From: an uncultured Nitrososphaerales archaeon
GTDB lineage: Archaea > Thermoproteota > Nitrososphaeria > Nitrososphaerales > Nitrososphaeraceae
Length of the DNA stretch: 64,000 bases
Reading direction: 5' to 3'
NCBI GenBank assembly: GCA_963713605.1
Contig: CAVQMO010000010.1
Location: forward strand, 448,001 to 512,000
Below, piece after piece: positions 34,915 through 45,889 of this stretch. Every line of letters starts with the position of its first letter. Within the stretch, counting starts at the first letter, position 1. The notes beneath the pieces are model-generated. The model was not told the DNA's origin. It worked only from the letters and a program-made list of their open reading frames with translations, and searched no databases. The position numbers were made by a program, and so were the translations under genes.

Positions 34915-35592
34915 TCATTTCTTATCGTCTTGAGGAATACTTCTCAACTTAGTCTTGTGCCTTTGCCATAGAACGAGGACAAGGATAGTTGAGACTACAA
35001 TGACAATTGAAGGTACTAGAATATAACCCATCATATCAGAGGCACCCCATAAGCCAAAAAAAGTGGACTTCACTTCAATTGGGAAAGTGAAGGAAACTTG
35101 ACGACCGGTAAAATAAATATCAAAGACGTCTACAAAGAGACTGTAGATACCGGGTTTTTCGAATTTGTACTGGTAAGTATAATGCCCGTATGGAACAGCT
35201 ATGGGTCGATTCAAACCCGACAATGTACTTCCATCATCTTTGATTGTTATATCCACCGGAATTCCACTTATGTCATCGCCGTTGACGGCGGCTATGGCTA
35301 TAAGAATCTTAACAGTTGTACCCGTTTGTGGCTGCGGGGAATCGGTTTTTACACTGACGTCATAATTTCCTATTCTTTGTTGTAAACCACCTACCGGCAT
35401 ATCTGCATGTGAATCAGCAGGTGTGAACAAAAGAACCAGTAATCCAAATACAATTCCTACCATGCAAGTCTTCGCAAGCTTCTCATGGAAATGAATATGG
35501 TAATTATAGTGATGAGAGTTGAGCCAAGTCCCGACTCGTAAAGAAAGGCATATAGTCATAAAATCCTCAATAAGATCCTTAAAATTCCACAT
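34915..35592 (-). CDS. secreted Ig-like protein with C-terminal TM anchor
   Basis: Signal-like segment, YKFEKPGIYSLFVDV strand, C-terminal TM helix plus basic tail; start probably internal. Confidence 0.7.
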   Translation of the reverse strand: MWNFKDLIEDFMTICLSLRVGTWLNSHHYNYHIHFHEKLAKTCMVGIVFGLLVLLFTPADSHADMPVGGLQQRIGNYDVSVKTDSPQPQTGTTVKILIAIAAVNGDDISGIPVDITIKDDGSTLSGLNRPIAVPYGHYTYQYKFEKPGIYSLFVDVFDIYFTGRQVSFTFPIEVKSTFFGLWGASDMMGYILVPSIVIVVSTILVLVLWQRHKTKLRSIPQDDKK

Positions 35593-36066
35593 AAGACTTA
35601 CAATAATTATTCCTTAAACCATATATTTTTCTTGTCCCTAAGCAAGCCTTTAGCAAAAAAGCACCTCGACAAAAAAATAAGACTACAGATACTATCCACA
35701 TTCACCATATTAGATCAACTACGAAAGGTCGCTGATTGACAATGTAGCGTCATTTTCGATTATATCAGTTGATCTTGGCTGTAGCAGTTCTCTAATCGGT
35801 GTGAAAAATTGGTAGCAAGCTTGCCACTTGCCACTGAATGAAGTTCAATAACAATAATTATCCAACAACTTTGGATGTTAGGCAACTGAATATACTTGAG
35901 ATCTTGAATTGGTTTCGGATCAAATCGCGAATCGAGATCTTTCGTATGTTCGTCAGATAAGATCAAAAAATGTTCGTGTAATGGGGAACTGTGAAAATGA
36001 CACTTCATATCCTCTATAACTAATCAAACTAACCCAATTATACTATATCATTGCTCCAAAAGGATC

Positions 36067-36411
36067 ATGGCCATGATATTTTCCGGAAAAATGATAGCAA
36101 TAATCTTCGCATGTGTTTTTACAATTCAAGTTGGAGTTATGATGATGCCTTTGACAAATCTGAATACAGTCCAAGCTGAAGACAAGAGTACCAGTATTTC
36201 ATGCGACGGTGTTGGAATGTGTGAGAAAACTGAATGTGTCGATGGGATGTGTAATTCCAGTCCGACAAATTCTTCAAAAATCGTCGATAGCCCATCATCA
36301 CCGTTGTCAAGAGCAGACGATGGAGATTCTCAGAGTGCGGACAACACAACTAGCACATCTTTAACACCTCTTGATCAACGAATGAGTCTACGCGAAGGTT
36401 TGAAGAGATAG
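36067..36411 (+). CDS. small secreted four-Cys protein
   Basis: Signal peptide; SISCDGVGMCEKTECVDGMC; S/T-rich tail. Confidence 0.7.
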   Translation: MAMIFSGKMIAIIFACVFTIQVGVMMMPLTNLNTVQAEDKSTSISCDGVGMCEKTECVDGMCNSSPTNSSKIVDSPSSPLSRADDGDSQSADNTTSTSLTPLDQRMSLREGLKR

Positions 36412-36675
36412 GGAGGTTTCTCTTCGCTAGTTTTTATGCTTAATTACAAGCCAACAAAGCAAATCAAAAGGGTGAAAAATAAAATGTGATGTGTATTCCG
36501 TAACTCTCTCTCATTTACTCAATGTATAATCATAGGACCTATTCTAACAAACAATTTCGTGCAATGGCTGTGATGGAATAGAAATACATATTGCTTTTCC
36601 AAAACAAGAGATGTTAAGAGATTGACTAATTGACAATAGCTGGCACTGTAAATTCCATTTAGATGCCCTCCACAA

Positions 36676-37690
36676 TTAGTTGCCTTCTAAAACATAATTG
36701 ACAAGAGAATCAAGATTAGCAGTAGCAAGGCAGCAAACCCTGTCTGCACCTCCATAGTAGAGGAATAACTTTCCGTCTATGACACACGCGCCAGAAGGGA
36801 ATACTACGTTATTAACATCACCACTTGTCTCGTATTCTTTCTCTGGTTCTAGGATAGGATGTTTACATCGTCCTAGTATTCTATTGGGCTCATTCAAATC
36901 GAGGACGGTCTGCTCCTGCCCTATAGACCTTAGATTTACTTACGCCGTGGTATATTACTAACCAACCTCGCTTAGTTCTAATGGGGGGTGGACCAGCTCC
37001 AACTTTTGCAGCTTCCCAATCTTGTTCGGGCTTTAAAAGTATTGAATACCTCTGGAAATTTGTTAGGTTGAAACTCTCAGCGAGCCATATACTTGGTTTG
37101 TCCACACCATATGACTCTCCGATCCAGGAACTGGGCCTATGCAGGGAAAAATAACACTTTCCATATTGTCGCTTTGATGATTTTAAATCCGTCGATGTGG
37201 GAGCCATCTTTGATGAAAAATAAACAACATCCTTATCGTCATGCGATCTAGACGTTATGAGTCCCAGTCGTTTAAATTCACGGTAGTCTTCCGTTGTTGC
37301 CAGTGCTGTAGAAACGGTTGGAAATTCCCTAATATAGTTCGAAGGAACTACGTAGGTAAAGTAAGCTCTAGATTCCAGTTCGAACAGACGAGGATCTTCT
37401 ATGCCATATCTTTCATATGCCTCGACCGGTTCGGTAGCCATACCATTATTTCTTGTAAATTTAAAGCCATCATTGCTGGAAGCATACCCTATCCTTGAAA
37501 TGTAATCCTTGTACTCTCCGACTGCACGATAAAGCAAATGGACCTTGTCACCGTCGTATAATGAGGCACAGTTAAACACTGATTTTGATTCCCACCAATT
37601 CTTTTCGTTGGGTGCTAGAATGGGGTTGTCATAATATCTTTCAAGGATTGTGTCTGCCGAGCCCACAGTGTACTCGTTCATAAGCTCCAC
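36676..37690 (-). CDS. GH130-family glycosidase/phosphorylase, frameshifted near 36910
   Basis: NPILAP, VFN, LLYRAV, SRIGYASS, GIEDPR, KVGAGPPPI, WLVIYHGV, NVVFPSG and YYGGAD motifs. Confidence 0.88.
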
Positions 37691-37926
37691 GTCAGTAATT
37701 TATAATGTTATACCACCAAAGTGCGGGTCCTTTGATTTTAAGATTTGTCATGGTTGGATGTTACTGTGTAACATGCCTAATCTTTCCTAAGGTGTAAGAT
37801 GTCAACAGATGTGCTCCAATCAATTAATTCTATAGTAAGATTGTATACTATTTTTTATCTATACAACAGATCACAAACACGTAATAACACAATAGAATTA
37901 GGTCACTTTGTAGCAACAGAAAAAAT

Positions 37927-38571
37927 ATGATTCCCCCATATCCATATGCTAGTCAGGAATTGGCGGTTGTTAGTGAACAAGATAATATCATAGGTTCTGC
38001 CTTACCTGACATCGTCTATTCTCGGGGTTTAATCCATAGGTTTGCTTCAGTCTTCATACTTGATGGTCACAATCGACTATTATTGCAAAAACGAGCCTCT
38101 CACAAAAGAAGACACGGTGGTCTTTTTTCTGAATCAGTCAGCGCTCAAGTAGAGTTTAACGAGAGTTATCTCCAGGCAGCGACTCGACGTATTCAAGAAG
38201 AGCTGGGACTTATAAGCCACTCCGACCCGCTCTTAGAGATTTGTAAGATGTACATGGACGTAAAGGAGGAACACGATGATAATTGTGATAGCTACGCGTA
38301 TCTTAATAATGGCGGATATGGTCGAAGTAGCATCGGCAATCGCTGGAAAAAGACTGCATTTGTTACAATCTACAAGTTATACTTGCGTGATCATGAAACA
38401 ATAAAGCATATCTCAATCAATCCTTCGGAGATATCTAACATATACATATTAGAGTTGGACCGCGTAACAGAATTTTATGATGCTAGCCCGGGTCTCTTCG
38501 TACCCGGCTTCGGATTCACGTTAAAGGCATTCCTAGATAACGGGACATCCACAGATCAAATTCGCAGATAG
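37927..38571 (+). CDS. NUDIX hydrolase (IDI-like)
   Basis: GLIHRFASVFI..LLLQKRA..ESY..AATRRIQEELG. Confidence 0.8.
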   Translation: MIPPYPYASQELAVVSEQDNIIGSALPDIVYSRGLIHRFASVFILDGHNRLLLQKRASHKRRHGGLFSESVSAQVEFNESYLQAATRRIQEELGLISHSDPLLEICKMYMDVKEEHDDNCDSYAYLNNGGYGRSSIGNRWKKTAFVTIYKLYLRDHETIKHISINPSEISNIYILELDRVTEFYDASPGLFVPGFGFTLKAFLDNGTSTDQIRR

Positions 38572-38782
38572 GTAACGGGTCAGTTCTTATAGTATTCATC
38601 AAATTCGGAATGCCACGCTGGTTGACCTGAATATAGTCTCCTCATAGTTAGTATTTAGCCAATGACCAAAGCATAATATAGACCGATATGAGAGGAGATT
38701 CCAATGTCACATGTTCACTTGCTAAGATATAATAAATGCGACAATGAGCAGCTGTGGTGTCCGAGTACATGGTCTGATTGAA

Positions 38783-40190
38783 ATGAAAGTGAGAACCATA
38801 AATCCGGCGACGGAAGAAATTCTTAGAGAATACGATATACCCGCTGAAGAACACATTCTGCGAATGACGAAGAAGGCTGAAGAAGCATTCAAAACAGAAT
38901 GGAGATTAGTAGGGAACAATAACGGGCACAGGAGAGCCGATTACATGTATGACTTTGCCACCCAATTAAGGAAGGAAAAGGAAAAACTCGCTACTATAGC
39001 TACCAATGAAATGGGTAAAGCGATTAAGGAGTCTAGGTCAGAGGTAGAAAAATGTGCTTGGGCGATAGAATATTTCGCAGATCATGGGGATATATTTACA
39101 ACGGATGAGGTTATTAATACAGATGCTAGGAAGAGTCTTTGTTACTTTTGAACCCTTGGGCGTTATCGCAAGCATTATGCCATGGAACTTTCCATACTGG
39201 CAGGCGCTGAGATTCGCAGCTCCCTCTCTTATGTCTGGCAATACGATTGTACTTAAGCCAGCAAGTGCCACGATGCAATGCGGAATAGAAATTGAGAGAA
39301 TTTTTAATGAAGTCGGATTGCCAAAGGGAGTATTTCAGACGGCAGTAGGCGATTCCAGGGTTGCAGAATACTTGATCGAGTCCGAGAGTACAAACGCCGT
39401 TACCTTCACAGGGAGTGTTCCTGTGGGTTCCAAAGTGGCACAAAGGGCTACAGCCCACCTGAAGAAGACAGTTCTGGAACTAGGAGGTAGTGACCCATTC
39501 ATAGTGTGTGAAGACGCTGACATAGAAAAAGCCTCTACTGGGGCAGTAAAGGGTCGCTTTATCAATTGTGGACAGAGTTGTATCGCCTCAAAGCGATTCA
39601 TAGTCGTCGATAAGGTTGCAGATGAGTTCGTCGAGATGTTTGTACAAAAAACAGAAAAACTAAGAGTTGGAGATCCATTGTCTGAGGATACAGATGTAGG
39701 ACCACTGGTTAATCCTTCAGGTCTAGAAGTCATAGAGGGAATGGTCAAGCGGGCCATCCGTCAAGGAGCAGAGTTGCTTGCCGGCGGAAAGAGATTGAAA
39801 AGTAAGGGGTATTATTACAGTCCAACAGTGCTTGGGAAAATACATCATGATATGGAAATCGCTCAGGAGGAATCCTTCGGGCCTGTCGCACCGATACTGA
39901 TTGCTGAAGACGAAAAAGCCGCTATTAAAATTGCAAATGATTCCAAATTTGGTCTTGGAGCAAGTATATGGACACAAAACTTGGATAAGGCTGAACGACT
40001 ATCTAGAATGGTAGAATCAGGGATCGTGACTGTTAACAATGTGGTGCTCTCTGATCCAAGGGTTCCATTTGGTGGGATTAAGAATAGTGGATTTGGACGT
40101 GAGCTATCAAAATATGGTATGCTTGAATTCGTAAATATAAAATCTGTGAGGTTCTACGACCAGCTTGCAAAGACTCATCATGTAGAATGA
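38783..40190 (+). CDS. NAD(P)-dependent aldehyde dehydrogenase (SSADH-like), frameshifted near 39135
   Basis: TINPAT, IMPWNFP, FTGS, LELGGSD, NCGQSC, EESFGPV and PFGGIKNSGFGRE motifs. Confidence 0.92.
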
Positions 40191-40567
40191 TAATTTTAAC
40201 TGTCTACAGGTCCGGATATCATTTGGAATACGCGTAGACCAAAACATCAACAATAAGTTTTTCCCTCCTATTTCCTCTTCAGGTTGAGGGTAATGAAAAG
40301 AGCAGTCACAGACTTTAGCATCGAGATATTCCACGTGATACTGATAGACTTAATGCAAACTAGTTTATTAGAAGTAAAACCAACTACTAAAAGATCTCCA
40401 CAACAAAGTGCGCTAAACATTACAGAAAAGTCCAACAATAATCATGAGTTAGATGCCTTACGAAATGGAAAGCGCGTGAACGAACAACGCAATAGCCTCT
40501 CTCATTCTAAGGAAATACAACAAGGTTTATCAGACTTGTGATTTAGAAATAGCTTTAGAAACAGGCG

Positions 40568-41011
40568 TTGAGTATCGATGAAATAGACTCCAAGATTTTG
40601 AAAAGAGTCCTGGTTGATGCAAGGCTTTCGTACAGGAAGATCGCCGAACAAATAGGAGTTTCAGCTCCGACTGTCCTTTCCAGGATAAACAAACTTCAGT
40701 ATCAACGAATAATAAAAGCTTACTCCGCAATTGTAGATCATGAAAAATTGGGCTACGATTTGACGGCGATAATAGAGGTAACTGCTCAGAAGGGAAAGAT
40801 CGTAGAAGTTGAGCGTGCGATGTCTAAATTTCCTAATGTATGTGCTGTTTATGACATAACAGGACTAACTGACATGGTAATTATAGCCAAATTCCGAAAC
40901 CGTAGAGAACTAAGCAACTTTGTCAAGAGAGATCTTGCTCTTCCTTCGATTGAAAGAACAAATAGTCACATGGTCCTCGTTACTGTGAAAGAGAATTTCA
41001 GTTTTTTCTAA
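40568..41011 (+). CDS. Lrp/AsnC transcription regulator
   Basis: DARLSYRKIAEQIGVSAPTVLSRI HTH; VYDITGLTD. Confidence 0.92.
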   Translation: MSIDEIDSKILKRVLVDARLSYRKIAEQIGVSAPTVLSRINKLQYQRIIKAYSAIVDHEKLGYDLTAIIEVTAQKGKIVEVERAMSKFPNVCAVYDITGLTDMVIIAKFRNRRELSNFVKRDLALPSIERTNSHMVLVTVKENFSFF

Positions 41012-41388
41012 TTGAATAGAATCTGTTGCTAACACCGACTTGGAAGTAGTTTTCCGGCTCAAATAGGATTTGAATTTCGCGAAATCTGTCATGTACTATC
41101 TAGGTTTGTTTTGTAGAAAGAAATTTTAGTTTGTCAATCTAAGTCATATGTATTGAATCTATTGGTTATGTTCATAAGATGACCGGCATTTGAACGTTAG
41201 AAAGAAAGAATAACTGACAATTGAAATCCTCGAATCACCCTTTCCTTTCTGGCCACACCTCTCAATTATTGCGTTAATGAAGTCTCCTTCTTCAAACTGC
41301 GAACTTAGAAAATCACTTTGAGCTATTGAAATCGCAAATAGCGATAGCATCCAAAGAATAAAATTGAAAGGTGAGTAATAGAGCTCAG

Positions 41389-41506
41389 GCCGGGTACCCG
41401 AGCTAGGTAAGTCGTCGACCCTAAAAGGGGTCAGCCTCGAGATCTAAGGCTTACGTGTAAGCTGATGTCCGTCAAGGACTCGTGGGTTCGAGTCCCACTC
41501 CCGGCG
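41389..41506 (+). tRNA. tRNA-Ser(CGA) with two introns (41410-41425 in D-loop; 41442-41459 at 37/38)
   Basis: Acceptor GCCGGG/CCCGGC plus G discriminator; anticodon stem TCAGC/GCTGA with CT-CGA-G; long variable arm GTCC/GGAC; T-arm GTGGG-TTCGAGT-CCCAC; BHB geometry at both introns. Confidence 0.9.
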
Positions 41507-41719
41507 CTACAGTCGTGGGTTGATACCGAAAATAAGAAAGAAACCAAAACAATTATTGCTGGGTTCAGTCCAATGGAGGTTAACTAGATTAGTGAGAGGT
41601 GATCTAAAGACCGTAGAGTCAAACCCATGCCCTCCTGACATCGGTACAAAATCTAGAGATGTCGAGACCTGCAGTCTGATATCTATAGTACAATACCAGT
41701 CAAACTATATCGCAACAGA

Positions 41720-42340
41720 ATGAATATTCTTTTGTTAAAAAAATGGGGTTCCGAAGGTGTTGGCTTTGGTAAATTCGCACAACTATTAGCAATAGCAATA
41801 GATTATAATGATGATGTATATGTTACAGATACCACTAGTGTCTCCAACCAGATCCAGAAGTTTACCAACAACGGCACATTTATCACTTCATGGGATGTTT
41901 TAGGCATTAGAGATGGGGCTTTTACTAATGCTAGGGGAATAGGTGTAGATTCATCTAATGATGTGTATATTACAGGCGGTGGGAGCCCTAACCCTGCAGT
42001 TCAGAAGTTTACCAACAATGGTACTTCTATTGCTTCATGGGGATCCACGGGCTTGGGTAATGGCCAATTTATATCTCCAGGTTGGATAACCGTGGATTCT
42101 GGTGATAACGTATATGTTGGTGATTTCGGAGAAAATTACCGTATACAAAAGTTTGACAGCAATGGTACTTTTATATCGAAATAGGGAACACCAGGCACTG
42201 GTGACGGAGAATTCAATAGCCCTGCTGGTTTAGGAGCAGATTCTTCAGGAAATATATTAGTTGTTGATGAGGGTAACAATCGTATACAAAAGATCGTGGG
42301 AATAGCCGAATACAGGTATTTGCTCCCCAATGAATCATAA
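41720..42340 (+). pseudogene. NHL-repeat (6-bladed beta-propeller) protein with in-frame TAG at 42182
   Basis: Repeats IQKFTNNGTFITSW / WGSTGLGNGQF; frame continues after TAG as GTPGTGDGEFNSPAGLGADSSGNILVVDEGNNRIQK. Confidence 0.8.
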
Positions 42341-42513
42341 AATTGTTTCAGCTTAAAAAATGAAAAATATATTATAGATACATTTTGAAGAAAGGCAAAA
42401 AGAAAAGATATAGCACCAAATATTAATCGCGTATCTATGGATCCATAAACCCGTAAAATCACGACAATCACTCTCTCCCGGTGCCTATCGTAATCCATTG
42501 ATTATATCGCTAA

Positions 42514-43071
42514 TTGACAGTCATTGATTTCATGCGCAAACACAAACTGATAGAACTTCGAACGATTATAGATGAAAGAATCGGATCGCTAACCGAAGAG
42601 GTGGAAATAGCAACTAACGTGAAATTGAATCCACTTTACATAGCTGACCGGCGGGATGAAATTGAATTTTTACGTTGGACTGCAACTGTTATCAACTCAA
42701 TCTTAACTCGCGATATTGACCGAAAACAAGTACAACTTGGAACAACTAAAATGCGATTACAGTTGTCAGATATTATCGAATTTGAAAATATATTACATAA
42801 CAGAATTGAAGAGCTAAATTTGAAGCTTAAAGAATCGAATAATCTTAGGGAATCAGATATTCTAATAAATGAGATCGATACGCTCGAATCTGTTCAGGGT
42901 CGTTTGGCCGATTTAAAGTATGGTGATAAAGCACGTGCCATAGAGATAGCAGAAGCTAATAATGATTTTCGTCAGTCGATCAGGTTGCGAAAGCAGCTAA
43001 ATAAAATACAAGATCTTGAAGATGAAATTAGCGCTCAATGTTCAAATACTAAATTAAGATGGACATCTTAA
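42514..43071 (+). CDS. coiled-coil hypothetical protein
   Basis: 185-aa helical ORF. Confidence 0.7.
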   Translation: MTVIDFMRKHKLIELRTIIDERIGSLTEEVEIATNVKLNPLYIADRRDEIEFLRWTATVINSILTRDIDRKQVQLGTTKMRLQLSDIIEFENILHNRIEELNLKLKESNNLRESDILINEIDTLESVQGRLADLKYGDKARAIEIAEANNDFRQSIRLRKQLNKIQDLEDEISAQCSNTKLRWTS

Positions 43072-43108
43072 TTGACAAATATCTTATGAGAAGATGTATA
43101 TCTTTTCT

Positions 43109-43345
43109 CTAAATACACTTCAGCAAGAAACTGCAGCTTTCACACGTATACACTAACTTATCGAAGCTCGAGCACAATTCCATGATGTCATTACAGCGCG
43201 GGCATTGGATCTCCATGTCTAGCTCAGACAACACCGGCTCTTCTTTTCGCTCTGGTACGCTAGATTCTTGTAGTGTTTCGAGAACCTGATTTTCGGGCTC
43301 CTGTTTTGGGGGAACGAGTTTAATATGGTTTTGTCTTGGCAACAA
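43109..43345 (-). CDS. small zinc-ribbon protein
   Basis: CPRC...CESC. Confidence 0.75.
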   Translation of the reverse strand: MLPRQNHIKLVPPKQEPENQVLETLQESSVPERKEEPVLSELDMEIQCPRCNDIMELCSSFDKLVYTCESCSFLLKCI

Positions 43346-43539
43346 TAATAGTAATCAAATATGACTAATATATCCAAGCTGACTTTGAGGGGACGGACGG
43401 GGGAGCTAGATGAATTACAGATCCCCCACTCCCCGTCTATGAGTTACTACAGAGAATATTAACAATAAGTCAAAATAAGTTAACATAAGACAGCTTGGCG
43501 TGAATTATAAAAAATGATCATGGAAATGCTAAACAAACA

Positions 43540-43839
43540 ATGAGTTTATTTCCAGACGAAGACGTTCTTACTAGAGAAATAGAGACTTGGAGAGGCTTTA
43601 TAGATAAACTCCCTTCAGACGAAGATAAAGCCATTTTGACAAAGCTGCTAAATGACTGTTACAAGTATTCTGTCGCGATAAATATTCATGCACAAGAACA
43701 TCCATTTCCAACGGAGTCATTAATTATGTCGTTGTTGTTGTCTCAACACAAAATCATTATTCATTTAAAGTCTATGATACAATCTGAACAGATTAGTAAT
43801 AGACTAATTCACATTGGCACACAAGATGACGACGAATAG
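43540..43839 (+). CDS. hypothetical protein
   Basis: 99-aa ORF, ATG start, TTATAAAA upstream. Confidence 0.7.
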   Translation: MSLFPDEDVLTREIETWRGFIDKLPSDEDKAILTKLLNDCYKYSVAINIHAQEHPFPTESLIMSLLLSQHKIIIHLKSMIQSEQISNRLIHIGTQDDDE

Positions 43840-43981
43840 ACTTCAGGCAACCGCTACAAATTGTCAGATATCAGTTCATAGCAATTGAAACTATTTCGGC
43901 ATAGGCATATGTCCACACTAATGACTATCTCATTCTATACATTTCCAAAAAAAGAGATTATTGACTAGGTCAGCAAAATCT

Positions 43982-44293
43982 TCAGTTGGAAGCACTTTTC
44001 AATGTATTTCTAACTGCTTTAGACATATTTTTATGAGCTGCTCTGTTTAATTCTAGTGCTTCTTCTCCGTAGGCCTGCAGACCATATTGTGCGCCGTCAC
44101 TGCAGGTTATTTCTACAAATGAATATTCTAGCCCATTAGATAGACGTGATAAACTTACAGATATTTCGCTTAAAACGCACGAGCGGAGCAATTCATTCAG
44201 TGCTTCTACACTGTTGCTGTAGCCAACAGACGTAGGCGGTAGTGTTTCTTGAGCCAATATGTATAACGTATGTGGGGGGGAATAAATTAACAA
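43982..44293 (-). CDS. hypothetical protein
   Basis: 103-aa ORF. Confidence 0.6.
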   Translation of the reverse strand: MLIYSPPHTLYILAQETLPPTSVGYSNSVEALNELLRSCVLSEISVSLSRLSNGLEYSFVEITCSDGAQYGLQAYGEEALELNRAAHKNMSKAVRNTLKSASN

Positions 44294-45234
44294 TATTCAA
44301 AAACAGTTATGAAGAATCATGACGAGCTCTTACAAATCGATAGCGAGCTTTTTAATCAAAAAAGTCGGCTCCGGTATATCTCCAACTGCTAACTGCTGCA
44401 TCAAAAACAAATTCATATCCGCCTTGACAACAAATAGTAATGCTTGGATTATCATTCGGTAATATGATATTTGGCCGTTGTTTATTCTTATTTGATGAGT
44501 GTCGCTAATTCCAAACAAAATCAAATACTGCCCATCTACTCCGTCGAGTATACCATTCTCCGTAAATGTAGTAATGCCAGCGCCGCTACCAGCCACTCTT
44601 ATTACTGTTGCAATTGGATCTATCGGAATTTAAGATTCGTGAGAATGCAGCAGAGCATGCTGTTAAAGATCATATATACAAGGAAGATATCATGACGCCA
44701 GAAATGAAAGAAAAATAAAATAACATATCCGGAGTCATGAGTTGTAATTCCAACAACACATTGTAATCTAATCTCTACATAGCTCTTTGAAAGTTAGATT
44801 GACTTGAAGTCTGTCACTTGTATTATCTATTATAAATGGCCGAGAAATACCGAGAATAAATTCTTGTCAAGATCCAAAGCGAAAGTATTGATTTATGAGA
44901 TACGCAAACCCAATTAGAGCAAAAAATCCAGAAAGAGCCAACGTGAATTTAAGTAATTCTTTTTTCAATATCCATACTATGTTTTCACTTTGTTTTTAAG
45001 CGTATTTCATGTATCTTTTAGCAGAATTGATGGTCATTCAATTTTATACGATTGTACTGGATCATTTCAGTCTTATCTATATTTTCAGACCCATTCATGA
45101 TTATAATTTCATTTAACTCGTTTGTTTTTGAAATTCGCAGTACTATTAGATATCACTAGTACTAGTTCCGGTACTTTCTAATAGGTAGATGAATCAAATC
45201 ATCTAAAATCCAGCATCGTACTTGATCCACTGTA

Positions 45235-45426
45235 TTGCATTGGACCGAAAATTGTATTTGCAATGAGTGGAAAATAGAATTAATTAAGATAGATAATTCA
45301 AGAACTGAGCTTCGGTGTAGTATATGTCACGGTCTGATTGGTTGGTGGGATGAGCCGCAACGCATAAAGAAGATAATGCCATTCAAGCGAGCTTGGCCTG
45401 AAGAAGAATGTTTGGCCATGTGCTAG
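45235..45426 (+). CDS. small Cys/Trp-rich zinc-ribbon-like protein (copy A)
   Basis: HWTENCIC..LRCSICHGLIGWWDEP; paralog of 61859-62065 with mostly synonymous differences. Confidence 0.75.
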   Translation: MHWTENCICNEWKIELIKIDNSRTELRCSICHGLIGWWDEPQRIKKIMPFKRAWPEEECLAMC

Positions 45427-45440
45427 TTAAAATAGAAAAG

Positions 45441-45451
45441 ATATCTGATTT
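45441..45451. promoter_or_regulatory. palindromic motif ATATCTGATTT upstream of peptide gene 1
   Basis: 69 bp before ATG; same motif and spacing at three paralogs. Confidence 0.6.
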
Positions 45452-45509
45452 AAATGAGAGCCCGATTTTTCACAATGCAGATAAGAATGATTCTCTCGCT
45501 TGCTATTAA

Positions 45510-45752
45510 ATGAATACCAAATACATGGTTATTGTAGCAGCAATGGCAGTAATGCTAGTTGGTGCGACAGCTCTTGCAACGGAAGACGCATTTGCTGGGG
45601 GTAAGAAGAGAGAATACAATCAAGCGACATCTCAGGCCAACGCCTGTGGAAATGGTGAATTGCCATTGAACGTGTTCTGTCAAAACATTGGCTCACAAGT
45701 TCAAGGCGATGAAAACGCAGTAGCAGCCAGTGGCAGCCAAAGCACAGATTAA
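45510..45752 (+). CDS. secreted two-Cys Q/N-rich peptide, copy 1
   Basis: Signal ending AFA; SQANACGNGELPLNVFCQNIGSQVQGDEN. Confidence 0.85.
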   Translation: MNTKYMVIVAAMAVMLVGATALATEDAFAGGKKREYNQATSQANACGNGELPLNVFCQNIGSQVQGDENAVAASGSQSTD

Positions 45753-45765
45753 AACAAATCAGCAT

Positions 45766-45780
45766 CTCTTTCTTTTTTTG
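45766..45780 (+). terminator. archaeal T-tract terminator
   Basis: tctttctttttttg shortly after the stop codon. Confidence 0.55.
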
Positions 45781-45816
45781 TCGTCTGGCTGGTAACACTT
45801 AGATCTAATAGAAAAA

Positions 45817-45827
45817 ATATCAGATTT
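45817..45827. promoter_or_regulatory. palindromic motif ATATCAGATTT upstream of peptide gene 2
   Basis: 73 bp before ATG; 45800-45830 matches 62063-62093 at 30/31 nt. Confidence 0.65.
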
Positions 45828-45889
45828 ATGATATCGTCTCTCTACTTGCTTAATTTAGATAAACTTCACTCTCTCATTAGGCTATCAGT

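Noticed and set aside
39126..39977. Antisense ORFs inside the aldehyde dehydrogenase (similarly 2794-3066, 3639-3959, 26545-26961, 35098-35385, 60898-61230)
   Set aside because: These are shadow frames of well-supported genes on the opposite strand, with no motifs of their own.
41590..41640. Possible tRNA-like att remnant (gagtcaaacccatgccctcc)
   Set aside because: Similarity to a reverse T-arm is too weak, and it does not match the adjacent tRNA-Ser 3' end.
43396..43437. GC-rich inverted repeat GACGGGGGAG/CTCCCCGTC between divergent genes
   Set aside because: Single imperfect copy with no second instance or transposase to suggest a MITE.
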